A DNA stretch of 62,085 nucleotides, filler included, from Vannella sp. (Eukaryota): NCBI GenBank assembly GCA_023345925.1. It is 7 parts of 7 records of this genome, joined end to end, with 100 filler letters (N's around TTAATTAATTAA, not from the genome) between each part and the next. Parts side by side here need not be neighbours in the genome. Positions count along the whole stretch, not along the records: positions 54,092 to 62,085 come from JAJQQN010001003.1; 6 more parts are not named here. One strand, 5' to 3'. The first letter of the stretch is position 1, and each line of letters starts with the position of its first letter. The notes under the pieces are model-generated. The model was not told the origin of the DNA, ran no database searches, and saw nothing but the letters and a program-made list of their open reading frames with translations. Below are positions 60,001 through 62,085 of the stretch, one piece after another. The position numbers and the translations under genes were made by a program.

Positions 60001-61231
60001 TCACAAATGACAAATTTTACGACTCGGACTTTATCAATACCTTCCTGTTTACTTACGAATCGTTCACCTCTTCAAAGATGCTTCTCCGCAAGCTTATTGA
60101 GCGATTCCATGCCCCTTCTGGCACAGAACCGAGCCTTTCGAAGGTTGTACAGCAGCGAGTATGCGTTGTTATGAAGAATTGGGTGTCCAAGTGTATGCCT
60201 CTGATACCAGATAGAGCTCTTTTGCATGACATTGCCTTCTTTGCGAACGAGGCCCAGGTTTACGAGCCTGCAGCTGGAGCATTACAAAAGTCTGTGCTAA
60301 TGAAACTATCAGGGCGGGGTTCCTCTGGTTACCAATTCACTTCTCCCCCTCCCGAAGTGTTGTATCGAGGAGAGCAACTCTCTTTCCTCCATCTGGACCC
60401 TGTGGAAGTCGCTCGTCAACTGACTTTAATGTCCTTCCGAATCTTTGAGCGCATCACCTACACAGAGATGTTTGGGCAGCCTTGGAGTAAACCCCACCTC
60501 CATCATCGATGCCCCAGCTTGATGGGTCTCGTAGAACAGTTCAATTTTGTGTCTTCGTGGGTTGCAAGCGTCATTGTCTCTACCAAACTCATCTCTGAGC
60601 GGGTGAAAGTGTATTGCAAGTTCATCCAACTGGCAGTGGTACGTCCTCTCGATGACTTCTGCCTCCACTCTGATGCTAACCTCCCTTTAGTCCTGTCGCG
60701 AATTGGGGAACTTTAGTGTGCTGACCGCTATTGTCAGTGGTTTGAGCAACTCCGCCGTAGCCCGTCTGAAATGGACCAAGGCCAAGGTACCCAAGAAGCT
60801 CCACGAGTCCTTTGAAGAAATGGAAGCCATCACTTCCATGTACAGTTCATTCAAAGAGTATCGCGCTGTCCTTGCTAGTCACGACCCTCCGCTGGTCCCT
60901 TATATGTAAGACACTCTCCCCGATGACGGTACTTGGGACTGACCGAGGCTACCCAACCTCTGACAGGGGAGTGTATTGCTCTGATTTGACTTTCATCGAC
61001 GATGGCAATCCGGACGTGGTCAGCGGGCATCTCATTAACTTCTACAAGCGCACGCTGATGTTCAAGATCATCAAACAGATCGAAGTGTACCAGCAAATCC
61101 CTTACAACCTCACTCCCGTCCCTGAAATCCAGGATTGGTTGAAATCTTGTCCCATCCTCGAGGAGGAGCCGCTCTTCGACCAATCCCTTCTCATTGAGCC
61201 TCGGAACGCCAAGAAAACCGATCTTCTCTAA
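57046..61231 (+). CDS. RasGEF with N-terminal formin-type GBD/FH3 domain and ubiquitin/FERM-like domains
   Basis: FH3-like after splicing: RFHMK...FLRPLID...YWNLLNCLLHGLPSTELRFEV...LQLGAL...LKEQLDIF. REM: KAGTLNILVRHLT...FLFTYESF. CDC25: DPVEVARQLTL, GNFSVLTAIVSGL, DLTFIDDGN and INFYK. The start may be 57019. Confidence 0.85.
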
Positions 61232-61304
61232 GTAAATGCCTGCAAATGGAGGCGTGAGCGATGGGCAAGGGTTTAGGGTTTTGGGATGAGCATTGTTTGG
61301 TGGC

Positions 61305-62085
<781 letters not shown>

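Overview
Eukaryotic DNA from a very compact, intron-rich protist genome; Amoebozoa is inferred from ARM-RhoGEF, FH3-RasGEF, cNBD-PH/GRAM-cNBD and talin-F0-like architectures and a divergent beta-tubulin. The window is not contiguous. It is seven contigs (1-10751, 10852-18835, 18936-25961, 26062-32887, 32988-40482, 40583-53991, 54092-62085) joined by six artificial 100-bp linkers (N44-TTAATTAATTAA-N44). About 30 genes can be reconstructed by hand through short GT-AG introns (mostly about 45-90 nt), using the standard genetic code. Most are housekeeping or signalling genes: SAR1, TUG/ASPSCR1, NAD kinase, SDHAF2, DnaJ-X, ACSS3, SLC35F, RAB32, transportin, SEL1L, GGT, UMP-CMP kinase, Snapin, beta-tubulin, two RasGEFs, a RhoGEF and TRM8. 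Stand-outs: (1) two long uninterrupted RNF213/mysterin-like ORFs on different contigs, one with an intact RZ finger but no visible RING, the other with the RNF213 C-terminal region fused to a catalytically dead USP domain and a Zn knuckle, suggesting a diversified ubiquitin-based antibacterial family in a protist; (2) an 81-aa protein resembling bacterial 7-1 'septoil knot' proteins, head-to-head with an OafA-like acyltransferase; (3) unusual fusions (ankyrin-3xUbl-myotubularin; RGS-cNBD-PH/GRAM-cNBD). All family calls come from motif recognition without database searches.
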